In this document: piece after piece, positions 50,906 to 61,440 of the stretch
Numbering within the stretch: position 1 is the stretch's first letter
Layout: each line of letters opens with the position of its first letter
Assembly: GCA_963667175.2 (NCBI GenBank)
Contig: CAXXXF010000004.1
Coordinates: forward strand, 224,001-288,000
From: Candidatus Latescibacterota bacterium
GTDB lineage: Bacteria > Latescibacterota > UBA2968 > GCA-2709665
Length of the DNA: 64,000 nt
Reading direction: 5' to 3'
Program-made: the position numbers and the translations under genes
The notes under the pieces: model-generated
Seen by the model: only the letters and a program-made list of their open reading frames with translations
Database searches by the model: none
Told to the model about the DNA's origin: nothing

Positions 50906-51652
50906 TCAGACGGTAGCGGCGGTCCGCATTGCGGCGGCGGCCAGGAGGTAGAGAACCCAGAGACCGAAAATCCCAATCACGGCAAGCTTTGTCCGAATAC
51001 CCGCAACAGCTCCAAGGCCGACGGAAACCAAAAGATACTTCCAGACGGCGAAGACGGTGACCATGGACAGGAAGTGATGCATGTAACTTCCTTCCATGGA
51101 TTTCGGCGCCAGCAGTCCCAGGCCGAGTTGGACCGTTGGCGCATCCCAAACCATACCGAGCAGCAACGCAACAACGGCGGCGGGTACCGCCACGAGCGAA
51201 CTGTAGCTCACAACGGCCAGCGTCTTTTTGTACGTACCGTCGCCGCCGAATACGAAATTGGCGAGCGCCAGAAAAATCGCCGCCTGGACAAAGATTGTGA
51301 TGGCGGTACCAATGGGCGGGAGGACAACAGCGCTAAGACCCATCATCCGTTGCGCGCTTTCCAGGGCCATCGTCCGCTGTTCCTCTGTAAGGGATTCGAG
51401 GGATTCGTCTTTCGCGAATTGCTCCTGCATCGCCTGCATCCCGGCTGTCTGAGCGGCGGGCATGAGCAGATACGCGGAGAACATTCCGATGATTGCGATG
51501 ACGATCATGGGGAGATACCAGTCCCTGTTTTCGGTATGCGCATTGACGGAAGCGAACGTCCGCCCCGGCGAAAGCAGAGCGCCGACCATGCGCCCGCCAA
51601 TCCCGATCTCCTCCGCGCTATCGACGTCCCGGACGTCCGTGGGTTCGTCCAT
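50906..51652 (-). CDS. Yip1-family membrane protein
   Basis: LLSPGRTF, about 5 TMs, GTYKKTLAVVSYS. GGAGGAG RBS before ATG 51652. Confidence 0.8.
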   Translation of the reverse strand: MDEPTDVRDVDSAEEIGIGGRMVGALLSPGRTFASVNAHTENRDWYLPMIVIAIIGMFSAYLLMPAAQTAGMQAMQEQFAKDESLESLTEEQRTMALESAQRMMGLSAVVLPPIGTAITIFVQAAIFLALANFVFGGDGTYKKTLAVVSYSSLVAVPAAVVALLLGMVWDAPTVQLGLGLLAPKSMEGSYMHHFLSMVTVFAVWKYLLVSVGLGAVAGIRTKLAVIGIFGLWVLYLLAAAAMRTAATV

Positions 51653-51888
51653 TTTACTCTCCTCCGTATGAATGGCTCGTGAATTCCGGCTGATCCCGGC
51701 GACTCGAATGGTGCACGCCTCGCGTAATATAACCTCTCTCGCAGAGAATTCAACCGGGATAACGCGACGCGTCACACGTCCACCCGGATGTTTAGCAGTT
51801 GCGGAACACAGGAAATATCAACAAAATTAGACTCGAGGGGGTGTCCTGGAGTTCGACCCGGTGACGTGGTCTGAAAGGAGTGGACCGA

Positions 51889-54867
51889 ATGTCAATGAGG
51901 AAAAAGCGAAGCCGATTCGTCAGCGCGGCGATGCGGTCGAACGCGGTGGCGAATGCGAAGAGACACGACTGGGCGAGCGAGCGACAGGAGCGCGCGGTTG
52001 CGGCGGCCGGCGAGTGGGTCGGCCGCACCGACGATGCGTTGTGGGGCATGGTCACCGCGCAGGAGTTGCCGCGGACGGTCTACACCAACGAAGGGGTGAC
52101 GTACAAGGGACAGCAGCCCTATTGCCCCGGATGCGGCGAAGCGGCCCCGGCGAAATCCGGGCGCGAATGGTGGGAGTTCGACGACGCCAGGCCATGGAAA
52201 ATCTGGTGCGAACACTGCGGAGAGGTGTATCCGAAAAACGACTTCGGCGCCTTCTACAGGACGGCCCTGGACGAGCACGGGATGTTCCGTCGTGAGTTGG
52301 GCGACCGGTCGCTGCTGTTCAATGCCGATCATCCGGATCCGGACGACCCCCTGCACGAACGCTACGTCGACGACGGGTATGGCATGTTCGACGAGCAGGG
52401 CAATCGACACGATATCATCGCATACTACAATTTCGAAGCCGTGTGGCGCCGGATACAGCAGGGCGTTGCCGCGCTGTCCGACGCGTACGCGCTCACCAAT
52501 GACCGGCGCTACGCACATAAAGCGAGCGTTCTGCTGGACCGGATCGCCGACGTCTATCCGGAGATGGACTACCTGCCGCTGCACGAAATGGGATTTCAGC
52601 ACAGCCAGGGCGGTTCCGGGAGAGGTCGGATCGAGGGTTGCATCTGGGAAACCTTCGTCGCACAGGGCCTCGCGCGCAGCTACGACGTCATCTTCGACGG
52701 CCTTCAGGGCGACGAAGAACTGGTGGCTTTCTGCTCGGACAGAGCCGGGAAATATGACCTGGGGGACAAAGAGAGCATCGCCGCAATCTGCGGACATATC
52801 CACGATCACCTGCTTTTAGAGGTGCTTGCCTCTGTTAAGGACGGCCGGATCAGCGGTAACACGGGCATGAACCACACGTCCCTCGCCACCGCCGCGATCG
52901 CTCTGGACCATCCGGAACTGACGCCCGAATGGCTGGACTGGCTGTTCCATCCCGGGTTTCCCGGAGACCACTCAGCTCAGCATGATCCGGTGTCGTGGGT
53001 GCTGACCGAGGGGCTGGACCGGGATGGCATGGGCGGCGAGTGCGGGGGATACGGTCTCATCTGGACCCGCCACATGCGGGAACTGGCACAGATTCTGTCC
53101 GCATGGCCGGAATACACGAAACACAATCTCGTCGAGGATTACCCGAAGCTCAAACAGGCTTATCTCGTGGAGTCCCGGCTGAACGTCCTGGATGGCATGA
53201 TGCCCAATACGGGCGACAGCGGCGCCGTGGGCGCGTGGGGCCGGCAGGGCGATGCCGCGACCTATGTCCGGGCGTACCGGCTGTACGGAGACCCGCGTTT
53301 CGCGGCCCTGGCCTGGCACGAACACTCCGCGCACGGTTCCACGCTGCGCCTGGACGACGATATCTTCCGCGAGGATCCGGACGCGCTGATCCGTGAGATT
53401 CGAAACGTCGGGCGAAAAGGCCCGGACAACCTCACGAGCGAACATTTCGGGCGGTACGGACAGGCGCAATTGCAGACCGAACGGCCGGAAAACGGCCGCG
53501 CCGTGTTCATCCACTACGGGCAGGGCAAGGGCCACTCCCACCACGATGCTCTCAACCTGGGACTGCTGGCGAACAACGTGGCGATGATGCCGGACCTCGG
53601 CTATCCCGAATATACGGGAACGTGGCCCAAACGGCACGCGTGGACCGCCAACACGATCAGTCACAATACGCTGCTGGTGGGGGATACGAGGTCGGCGTAC
53701 AGCCCCGGCGGACAGGTCGAGTACTTCGCCGTCGAACCGCCCCTGAGAGCGATCCAGGTGGATGCGCCAGACGCCTATGAGGATTTGCAAACCTACCGGC
53801 GCACCGTCGCCCTGGTCGACGTGGACGAGGACAACAGCTACGTGCTGGACGTGTTCCGGGCACGGGGCGGGAGCAACCACCGTCTGTCCTGGCATGGCGC
53901 CGCGGAAACGGCTGACGTTGCCGGCCTGGAACTCGTCGTTCAGAAAGGCGGCGCCTTCGCGGGTTCCGACGTTTCGTTCGCCACGCTGGACGGCGAGAAC
54001 GCAGACTTCTTCAAAGAGAGCGGCTTCACGTACCTGTACGACGTGGAACGCTCACCCGGGGCGGTCCGGAAGCCCTACCGGGTCGACTGGAAGATCGAAG
54101 ATATCCACGGACGAATTTCGGAAGGCTGCGAGCCGCACCTTCGCCTGCACGCGCTTACGCCCTGCGATGAGGTGGCGCTCGCCACAGGGGATTCGCCGCG
54201 GCGGCTGCAGCGGCCCAGGTATCTGATCCAGAGCAGGCTGGGCGAGGAGATGCAAAGCATATATCTCAACGTCCTGGAACCTTACGATACAAATCGGTTC
54301 ATCTCTCGGGTGCGAGAACTGGAGGTGAGGCACGACGGGGATGCCTGCTGTGCCGCAGCCGTGGCCGTGGAACTATTCGACGGCCACACGGACGTCCTGA
54401 TCAGCTGTGAGGAAGCGATGGAAGTCGAAGTGGACGGCGGGATCAGGTTCGACGGTACCCTTGGACTGATCCGCCTGGCGAGGGATGAGGTGAAGCTGAT
54501 GCGAATGATCGGCGGCACGTCACTCGCTGTCGGTGGCGTTGAACTGACAGCGGAACGCCCGGCATGGCGCGGGAGGGTGACAGGGACCGACGCTTCCGAC
54601 CCGGCGAACAATCTGGTTGACCTGGATCCGCCACTTCCGGCCGGTCCCGACCTCGTCGGCCGCACGATCCATTTCATCAACGATCTGCCGATGGACACGA
54701 GCTACAGGATCGCGGCCGTCACGAACGGCGGCGTCTCAACGGGCGACATTACGATTGTCCGGGGGCTAAGGGAAGGCACGGATCTCGCGGGTGGGTACAC
54801 TTACCTGGTCAATCCCGGGGACGAATACATCGTCCCGTCGATCGCAGGGCTCGGAGAAATGACCTAA
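51889..54867 (+). CDS. heparinase II/III-like polysaccharide lyase family protein
   Basis: GHSHHDALNL, PDLGYPEY, WTANTISHNTLLV. CxxC pairs near the N-terminus. Confidence 0.8.
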   Translation: MSMRKKRSRFVSAAMRSNAVANAKRHDWASERQERAVAAAGEWVGRTDDALWGMVTAQELPRTVYTNEGVTYKGQQPYCPGCGEAAPAKSGREWWEFDDARPWKIWCEHCGEVYPKNDFGAFYRTALDEHGMFRRELGDRSLLFNADHPDPDDPLHERYVDDGYGMFDEQGNRHDIIAYYNFEAVWRRIQQGVAALSDAYALTNDRRYAHKASVLLDRIADVYPEMDYLPLHEMGFQHSQGGSGRGRIEGCIWETFVAQGLARSYDVIFDGLQGDEELVAFCSDRAGKYDLGDKESIAAICGHIHDHLLLEVLASVKDGRISGNTGMNHTSLATAAIALDHPELTPEWLDWLFHPGFPGDHSAQHDPVSWVLTEGLDRDGMGGECGGYGLIWTRHMRELAQILSAWPEYTKHNLVEDYPKLKQAYLVESRLNVLDGMMPNTGDSGAVGAWGRQGDAATYVRAYRLYGDPRFAALAWHEHSAHGSTLRLDDDIFREDPDALIREIRNVGRKGPDNLTSEHFGRYGQAQLQTERPENGRAVFIHYGQGKGHSHHDALNLGLLANNVAMMPDLGYPEYTGTWPKRHAWTANTISHNTLLVGDTRSAYSPGGQVEYFAVEPPLRAIQVDAPDAYEDLQTYRRTVALVDVDEDNSYVLDVFRARGGSNHRLSWHGAAETADVAGLELVVQKGGAFAGSDVSFATLDGENADFFKESGFTYLYDVERSPGAVRKPYRVDWKIEDIHGRISEGCEPHLRLHALTPCDEVALATGDSPRRLQRPRYLIQSRLGEEMQSIYLNVLEPYDTNRFISRVRELEVRHDGDACCAAAVAVELFDGHTDVLISCEEAMEVEVDGGIRFDGTLGLIRLARDEVKLMRMIGGTSLAVGGVELTAERPAWRGRVTGTDASDPANNLVDLDPPLPAGPDLVGRTIHFINDLPMDTSYRIAAVTNGGVSTGDITIVRGLREGTDLAGGYTYLVNPGDEYIVPSIAGLGEMT

Positions 54868-55048
54868 ACCTACTCACACAAAGACACCAAGACACAAAGA
54901 AAACCGGAAACAACCAAAAGACGGGCAACCCGGAGAGATAGTGACGGGAGACGGGAGACGAATACGTCGTACCCTCATTCACAGGGCTCGGAGGAATGAC
55001 CTAAACCTACTCACACAAAGACACCAAGACACAAAGAAAACCGGAAAC
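54817..55048 (+). repeat. 137-bp-period direct repeat: gene tail plus CACAAAGACACCAAGACACAAAG motif
   Basis: Units 54817-54911 and 54954-55048. The last ~50 nt are identical. Confidence 0.85.
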
Positions 55049-55085
55049 GAAATTCTTCACTCTACGCATGGGACATTTCGGATCG

Positions 55086-55469
55086 ATGAATGAAAACGAG
55101 ATAGGTGCAGAGGTCGTGAATTGTGCGGTCCGCCTCCATAAGGATCTTGGCCCAGGCTTGCTTGAATCGGTCTATGAAGTGATTCTGGCAAAGCAGCTTC
55201 AGACGGCTGGCATGAAAGTTAAAGTGCAGGCGCCAATACCAATTGAGTTCGAAGGAGTGCGATTCTCCGAAGCATTTCGCGTGGATATAATCGTCGAGGA
55301 CCGCGTCATCCTGGAGTTGAAATCAATTGAGAAAATCACGAGAGCACACCGGAAGCAAGTCCTTACCTACCTCAAATTGACCGATTTGAAGCTCGGCTTT
55401 ATACTGAACTTTGGCGCCGCAACAATGAGGGAGGGCATTGCTCGAATTATCAACGGCAAGATCACGTAG
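55086..55469 (+). CDS. GxxExxY protein (PD-(D/E)xK-like)
   Basis: LGPGLLESVYE, RVDIIVE..ILELK, QVLTYL..GFILNF. Confidence 0.92.
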   Translation: MNENEIGAEVVNCAVRLHKDLGPGLLESVYEVILAKQLQTAGMKVKVQAPIPIEFEGVRFSEAFRVDIIVEDRVILELKSIEKITRAHRKQVLTYLKLTDLKLGFILNFGAATMREGIARIINGKIT

Positions 55470-55509
55470 ACCGTTTTTGATTTAGACCTCTTGCACTGGT
55501 TAGAAGCGC

Positions 55510-55975
55510 CGTGTGTCCCCCTGGCCATCTCGCTAGCAACGGCCCCTGACCAGTGTTGCATTTCTCCGTGTCTTTGTGTCTTCGTGTGAGAACGGGTTTG
55601 CTGGTTTCATCACCCCATCCGCTCGTAGTCCGCCCGCCGGGTCAATCTAAGGCGTGCAACACTTCAAGTGACGGTAAAATCTCGTGCGTCCCCCTGGCCA
55701 TCTCAACAGCAACATCCCCTGACCTGCCTTGCATTTCTTCGTGTCTTTGTGTGAGACGGATTTTGTGGCTTTTCTCACGCCATCCGCCCATAGTCCGCCC
55801 GCCGGGTCAATCCAAGACGTTCAGCACGTCAGATGGCGGAAAAATCTCGGTGCGTCCGCTAGGCTTTCTTGACAGCAAGGTCCCCTGACCCTTCTTGCTT
55901 TTCTCCGTGTCTTTGTGTCTTTGTGTGAGGAGGGTTATGTGGGTTTCATCACCCCATCCGCTCGTAGTCCGCACG
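55510..55975 (-). repeat. three diverged ~170-bp tandem units containing the GNAT 3' end and an inverted CACAAAGACAC motif
   Basis: tcac.ccatccgc...tagtccgc at 55610, 55775 and 55949. Each is preceded by gtgtctttgtgt and cccctgacc. Confidence 0.8.
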
Positions 55976-56527
55976 TGTGATCTCGAAATCCAGCACACTA
56001 CCACCGTCCACTTCCCTCGCGACGGTGAGGCCCAGCGACCGCCACAGCGCTACCGATCGCGCATTGTCCGTGCGCACGTCCATCGGGCAGAAGCGATCGA
56101 TTTTCAGTTCTTCAAACGCGTACGTTATCAGACGGCGCGCCACCTCGCTTCCGTATCCTCGACCCCACAGCGACTTGTCCCAGATCCCGATCGGCACGCG
56201 CATCGCCTTCTCCCCCGGAATCCTTCCACGGTCCAGGTTCATCCACTGCAGACACACTTCGCCGATGGTGCGGCCGGACTCTTTTTCGACAATCGCGAAC
56301 AGAAAACCCTGCGCCGCCATCGCCCTGCCCGCGCCTTCGAGATAGTCCCGGGTAACGGGCTCCTCGGGCGGCGACAATTCCATCGCGTTCAGGAAGTCCG
56401 GATCCTGATAGAACGGAACGGCCAAATCGAAATCCGCCGCCTTAAACGGCCGCAGTTTCAGGCGCGCCGTTTCCAGGCGCAGGTTGTGACCCGGAAAACC
56501 GTCCATCTTCGGGGCCTCTACTGTCAC
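55949..56527 (-). CDS. RimJ/RimL-type GNAT acetyltransferase
   Basis: LETARLKLRPF, LWGRGYGSE, NARS..LG. Confidence 0.88.
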   Translation of the reverse strand: MTVEAPKMDGFPGHNLRLETARLKLRPFKAADFDLAVPFYQDPDFLNAMELSPPEEPVTRDYLEGAGRAMAAQGFLFAIVEKESGRTIGEVCLQWMNLDRGRIPGEKAMRVPIGIWDKSLWGRGYGSEVARRLITYAFEELKIDRFCPMDVRTDNARSVALWRSLGLTVAREVDGGSVLDFEITRADYERMG

Positions 56528-56555
56528 GGTTTCGCAAGCCGTTTCGGGATTGGTT

Positions 56556-57548
56556 CTACGCCGAATACGTCAACTCCATCCCGTCCTCCACGTCCACCGT
56601 GATTCGCAAAACACCGGGACTCACGAGCGAGCCGGGCATGGGTTGACTGTTGACGAGGACGCGGGGATACCGGCACCAGGCCGCGGGCACGTCGGCGTCC
56701 AGGGTCAGCGCGCGGCAGGTGACCCGATCGGACAATCCACTCAGATTCAGCCGGTATCGCTTTTCATCGGCGGTGTCCGACACGGTTGTGATTTCGGCGT
56801 GGCGACGAGTCAAGTGGTAGAAGATGGCTTCTTCCGGAACCGCGCACCACACGTCGTCCCCGCCTTCGCCGAGAACCGCTTCGAAACGCCTCCGAAGCTG
56901 TTCCGCGGTGCAGTCTTTGTTCCGGTGGACGGCCTCATCCAGCGGACAGTGGCAATAGTCGATGATCCATCCGCTGTCCCTCTGCGCATGGCGTATGTTC
57001 CGGTACGGATCGAACTCGCTGTAGAAGGGCTCGTAGAACTGGTCGTGCAGCGCGGTGCGGTTCAGCCAGAAGCCTTCGTCGCCGGGGCGGTTGAGGGCAT
57101 CCGTGAGGCTCATCGCGCCCAGATAGCCGTACTCCCGGCAGGCAGCCAGGACATGATCGGCCATATTCGTATTGTTTCCCGGCGAACAGTAAAGATCCAC
57201 GGGACCGTCAATGGCCTCTTCCAGCACGACCTTCGCCTCCCGCAATTCCCGGTCCAGCATGTCCGGCCGGATGACTTCGTGGCTCCATGAATGGTTGCCC
57301 ACACCCCAGCCGCGATCCACCATCTCCCTCATTTCCTCGCCGGTCATATGCCGGAATCCGTTGTAGCTCGAGTTGCCAAGTTGCCGGATCTCCCCGATGT
57401 GCCCGGCCACCGCCTCCATATGCCCGGGAACGTTGAATTCTTCGTGTATGGGCACGGCGCGCTCGTGCAACTCGATCAGCGCTTCGTCGTACGTGATGGA
57501 GTAGACCCATTGCTTTCCGTGTTTCCAGTCACAAATTCTGAGAGCCAT
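56556..57548 (-). CDS. polysaccharide deacetylase family protein
   Basis: SITYDE, GWGVGNHSWSH. Start MALRI at 57548. Confidence 0.8.
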   Translation of the reverse strand: MALRICDWKHGKQWVYSITYDEALIELHERAVPIHEEFNVPGHMEAVAGHIGEIRQLGNSSYNGFRHMTGEEMREMVDRGWGVGNHSWSHEVIRPDMLDRELREAKVVLEEAIDGPVDLYCSPGNNTNMADHVLAACREYGYLGAMSLTDALNRPGDEGFWLNRTALHDQFYEPFYSEFDPYRNIRHAQRDSGWIIDYCHCPLDEAVHRNKDCTAEQLRRRFEAVLGEGGDDVWCAVPEEAIFYHLTRRHAEITTVSDTADEKRYRLNLSGLSDRVTCRALTLDADVPAAWCRYPRVLVNSQPMPGSLVSPGVLRITVDVEDGMELTYSA

Positions 57549-57585
57549 CGAATTTTCCTTTCCTTTTCGCCTCGTCTGTTGAGTT

Positions 57586-58362
57586 TCAGGCTCTTTGACC
57601 GGTTCCTGCCGCTGCCATAAACGCTTCGAACGTGGTGCTGTACCCGATCTTCCATTCGAATATGTGGATACCGTAGCGCGTGGCAAGGCGTTCGTCGAAG
57701 GTATCCGGACGTTCCACGCCCACCGTGCCGTCGCGCATCAGGATGCAGCGGTACCCTCGGGAGAGCATCGCCTGCCCGCCGCCCTCGGAGCCCAGAACGC
57801 ACATATCGGCCGCGAATCCGGTGTAGATGAGCGTATCGACGTCGTTCGCTTTCAGGGTTGCGTCCAGGGTGTCGGTGTAGAAGACCATGGGCTCATCGCC
57901 GACGGGAGACACGATTTCTGCCCGTCGCATCTTCGCCAGCGGGGAGTGCTTCATATAGTCGGGGCCATGCGCGCGGTCCAGCATCTCCTTCTGGCGCCCG
58001 GTGGGTTTCCAGTCGCTTGTCTTGTCCCGTCTGGTGGGAATGTGCGGGTATTGTTCGTCCATCCAGTCGGCTTCCACGTGCACGACGGGGAGCCCGATCG
58101 ACCGCGCCGCATCCATGGCGGGGCGCATCACCTCGCGCATGATGCGGTACCCTTCCGCCGTGGCCTCGGGCCAGCCCAGGTCCACGCAGTAGTCCATGTT
58201 CAGGGGAGGACCGTCGGGACAGCCGATATTCCAACAGTGCATTCCGATGAGCGCCGTTCGGTGGACGGGAAGTTCGAACGTGACCGATTCGTACCCGGGA
58301 CTGTCGATGGGCAGCGCGCGGTAATAGCGCGCGTCCAGATGGATGGTTGCGGAATCAGGCAT
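57586..58362 (-). CDS. isochorismatase/cysteine hydrolase family protein
   Basis: LIYTGFAADMCV, RGYRCILMRD. Start MPDSAT at 58362. Confidence 0.75.
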   Translation of the reverse strand: MPDSATIHLDARYYRALPIDSPGYESVTFELPVHRTALIGMHCWNIGCPDGPPLNMDYCVDLGWPEATAEGYRIMREVMRPAMDAARSIGLPVVHVEADWMDEQYPHIPTRRDKTSDWKPTGRQKEMLDRAHGPDYMKHSPLAKMRRAEIVSPVGDEPMVFYTDTLDATLKANDVDTLIYTGFAADMCVLGSEGGGQAMLSRGYRCILMRDGTVGVERPDTFDERLATRYGIHIFEWKIGYSTTFEAFMAAAGTGQRA

Positions 58363-58430
58363 TGCAATTGCCTTTCTGGATCGACGACGGCACATTTGGG
58401 CCGGGCCGGGTGGCGCCGGGTGCTGCGGCG

Positions 58431-60302
58431 TCAACGCATCGGTCCGCGACCGTCGATAAGAATATCCACCGGATCGGAAAGCACAATCAGGTCTTCGATA
58501 TCGAACTGTTCGAGCAGGCCGAAACAAAACGGGACGGGCTCTTCGGTATAGTCGATGCTCCAGTCGATGAGCCGGCGCAGCGTGTCCGGAAGGTTGGCGC
58601 TCAATGCGTCGACGCCCCGGGGCCTCAGCGCCGCCGTACAGAGAGCGATCAGGCCGGTGGAGAGGCCATGCGCGGTAATATTGAGAGAACTGCCGCCGGA
58701 CGTCGACTCGATCCAGCGCCGCAGGGCGAGCAACTGGGCCGTGCAGATGCCCAGGGGACGATCGCCGGCCGCGGCAATGCACTCCATGAAGAGGTAGTGG
58801 TAGGCGCCTTCAGCGATAACCTGTTCGCCGAATGCCAGCAGATCGGCTACGAAAACACGTTTCCCGGCGTCGAGCGCGTTCTCAACGGCCCTGGCAGCGC
58901 CCGCGCGGCCGTTTTCGGGCAGGATGAGCAGGACTTCGTCCGAACCCTGCGGATCGAATTCCGTGACCGGAACGTTCCAGCGGCCCATTTCCAGGATATG
59001 GTGCGAGATGCTCACGCCTGCCATCGATCTCGTCTTTCGGACGGTTCGCGATGCAACGGTGTACGCGGACGGAAGACGCAACACACTGGCGAGGCGTCTG
59101 CGATCCGCCGGTTTTGTGCCGGCGGTCGACCGCGTCCCGGGCAGGCGCCCGGCGAGTTCGCCGGCGATCGTCAGATACGTGGGATTGCCCGGCGGCAGCC
59201 CGACGTTGAGTTCCCATTCGGAGCGGATTTCGTCGTCACATGGGATGTCTTCAGTCGAAATATCCAGATCCCACGCGCTTTTCAGAAACCTGTACAGTTG
59301 CTCGCGGACGTCTTTCCCGTAGTTGTGCGTGCCCGGATCTTCATTCGCGTAGAAGCCGATGCGTTCGGATACGCCGAGCCGTTCGTAAACCCTTCGTGCG
59401 GGCGTATACAGGGCCGGCCGCATGAACTCCGGGCGGAAAATCGAGTCATTGACGCTGTGGACCAGCAGCGCCGGGCGGGGCGCGAACATCGCGGTGAGGG
59501 TGTCGTAGTCCGCCACGGTGCAGAGATCGACCGGTGTCTGTTCCAGGTCGCCGTGGTCCTGCCACCGTTTCGTCGCCCGGTGCCAGATCGGGGAGTGCCC
59601 GGAAACGGGGATGGAGACGCCAATGCGTTCGTCGATCGCCGTGAGCACGGCGGTCTGCCACCCCCCACCCGAGAGGCCGGTCATGGCCACCCGGTCAGGG
59701 TCGGCGTGTTCGTGCGCGAGCAGCACGTCCAGTCCGCGTTTCATGGCCAGGTACATGGCGCTGACGCCGGCCACGCCGCACAGGTCCATATGGGCCTGGT
59801 GCATGTGGTTGAGCGAGCCCTGAAGTTCCCCCATGCCGATGAACTCAAAGTTCAGGGCGAGCATGCCGCGTCTGGCCAGGTTGATGCACCGCGCCTGCTT
59901 GTAGTCCATGGCCTTGCCGCCGCGATGGTGACCGTTGGGGTTGAGCACGGCCGGGACTTTGCCCTTGAGATTCTCGGGCTCGTAGAGCAGCGCCGGAATC
60001 CGCATGCCCGGATATCCTTCGTAGTGGAGTTTCCGGATGCGATACCCGTTGCCCTCGAGGACGCCTCGCCACCGGACCGACGGCGGGCGATCGTTGACGG
60101 CAGGATCGAGGCCGGTCAGGTAGACCTTTTTCAGCAGATCCCGGCGAATCCTGGCGGTTCGCTTCTTCCATTCCACGTGGGACTCCGGCGTTTCCAGGCG
60201 CGGCAGCTTTTCCGCATAATAGTCCATCATGATGCGGGTATGCCGGTTGCGCAGGAGCTTGCGCGAAAGCGCGTGTTCGATCTGCCTGGGTGTGAGAGGC
60301 AT
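58431..60302 (-). CDS. alpha/beta hydrolase (acetylxylan esterase-like)
   Basis: PAVLNPNGH, nucleophile TGLSGGG, GTHNY. Confidence 0.82.
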   Translation of the reverse strand: MPLTPRQIEHALSRKLLRNRHTRIMMDYYAEKLPRLETPESHVEWKKRTARIRRDLLKKVYLTGLDPAVNDRPPSVRWRGVLEGNGYRIRKLHYEGYPGMRIPALLYEPENLKGKVPAVLNPNGHHRGGKAMDYKQARCINLARRGMLALNFEFIGMGELQGSLNHMHQAHMDLCGVAGVSAMYLAMKRGLDVLLAHEHADPDRVAMTGLSGGGWQTAVLTAIDERIGVSIPVSGHSPIWHRATKRWQDHGDLEQTPVDLCTVADYDTLTAMFAPRPALLVHSVNDSIFRPEFMRPALYTPARRVYERLGVSERIGFYANEDPGTHNYGKDVREQLYRFLKSAWDLDISTEDIPCDDEIRSEWELNVGLPPGNPTYLTIAGELAGRLPGTRSTAGTKPADRRRLASVLRLPSAYTVASRTVRKTRSMAGVSISHHILEMGRWNVPVTEFDPQGSDEVLLILPENGRAGAARAVENALDAGKRVFVADLLAFGEQVIAEGAYHYLFMECIAAAGDRPLGICTAQLLALRRWIESTSGGSSLNITAHGLSTGLIALCTAALRPRGVDALSANLPDTLRRLIDWSIDYTEEPVPFCFGLLEQFDIEDLIVLSDPVDILIDGRGPMR

Positions 60303-60354
60303 GGGCGGGGTTCCCGGAGGACCGTGCGCAAACTTTGTGCGGCGCGCGGGTCGG

Positions 60355-61410
60355 TCAGTTCAGCGAATACGTCTCGTACGGGTTCTGGCAGGGGTTGTTC
60401 TTACTCACGTGCATGCGGCCGGTATCGGTTTCGATGATCACGGAGAACGCGGTCGACCAATACCCGGTCGTGGGATGATCGTTGGGATGGCGACAGATGG
60501 AGGTGGGGTGATTCTCGTGATCGCTCAGGGCGGCCTTCAGGCTTTCGATCGCAAAGGGACGTTCCATCTCACTGAAGAGCTTCTGGATTCGGATCTTGCG
60601 CCCGCCCGATTGGATGAGTTCGGGGAAGACGTCGTTGTTGTGTGCCAGTTCCGGATGCTCGCAGTGGTTCGTATGGGTCACCAGGCCCACGCCGTCGTCC
60701 CGGATCACGTGCACGTTGTCCAGGGTAACCTCCAGATCCGCCGGCCCCTGTGGCGTTGCGAGTATGATGTTGGCGGGAATGGCGCGCTTCGCCCGGCGAA
60801 CCGCCTGGACGGCGTCTTCCATATTCCTGGTTTCGTAAATGCCGCGAACGGTGAAGTAGTGCGGCACGCCCACGAGTCGGGCGGGCGCGGGCAGGGTATT
60901 CAGGCAAAGCCCGATGCCTTCGCTGTTCAGACCGATATAGGCGATAATGCCGGCCTGGGTGACATTCAGGAGGGCGGGCATCCCTTCCGGACGGCGGGTG
61001 AGGACGATGGTAAAGGGGTTCAGCGCCGGGTCGTTGTCCCAGTTCTGGCCCACAACGTTGCCCGTTCCGGCGGGCGTGGCGACCGAAAAGGACGTGCAGC
61101 CCGAATCCGGGTCAGCCTGAAGCTGATTGCGGATCTGTAGCATCATGAGGTCATCCAGCGAGACGCCGGAAGACTCGGACATGCCGCGCATCTCCTCCAG
61201 GTGGTGGGGCGCGTATTGTTCTACATACGGGATGCAATCGCGGGCAACGGACGTGGCCTTGTCCACCGATGCCGCAACGCTCTTGTTAACCCGTTCGAGC
61301 GCAATATCCACAAAGCCGCGGATTTCGTCGCGGGCGGCCTCGCCGATCTGTCGCCCCATTTCAATGGGCGACCCGCCGACTTCGATTTCCCGATAGCGGG
61401 TATCTGACAT
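60355..61410 (-). CDS. C45 family autoproteolytic acyltransferase/hydrolase
   Basis: G|CTS cleavage site, GQNWD, GLNSEG, THTNH. Confidence 0.88.
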   Translation of the reverse strand: MSDTRYREIEVGGSPIEMGRQIGEAARDEIRGFVDIALERVNKSVAASVDKATSVARDCIPYVEQYAPHHLEEMRGMSESSGVSLDDLMMLQIRNQLQADPDSGCTSFSVATPAGTGNVVGQNWDNDPALNPFTIVLTRRPEGMPALLNVTQAGIIAYIGLNSEGIGLCLNTLPAPARLVGVPHYFTVRGIYETRNMEDAVQAVRRAKRAIPANIILATPQGPADLEVTLDNVHVIRDDGVGLVTHTNHCEHPELAHNNDVFPELIQSGGRKIRIQKLFSEMERPFAIESLKAALSDHENHPTSICRHPNDHPTTGYWSTAFSVIIETDTGRMHVSKNNPCQNPYETYSLN

Positions 61411-61440
61411 CCGGACCTCCTCGTCTCCGCCGCCCGGCGT

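Noticed and set aside
54817-55048. Diversity-generating retroelement (TR/VR pair at the heparinase 3' end)
   Set aside because: Mismatches are not confined to adenines of either copy, the homology is only ~50 nt of coding sequence, and no RT is nearby.
54860-55975. CRISPR array
   Set aside because: Only 2-3 units per side, the spacers are homologous to each other, the period is 137-170 bp, and there are no cas genes.
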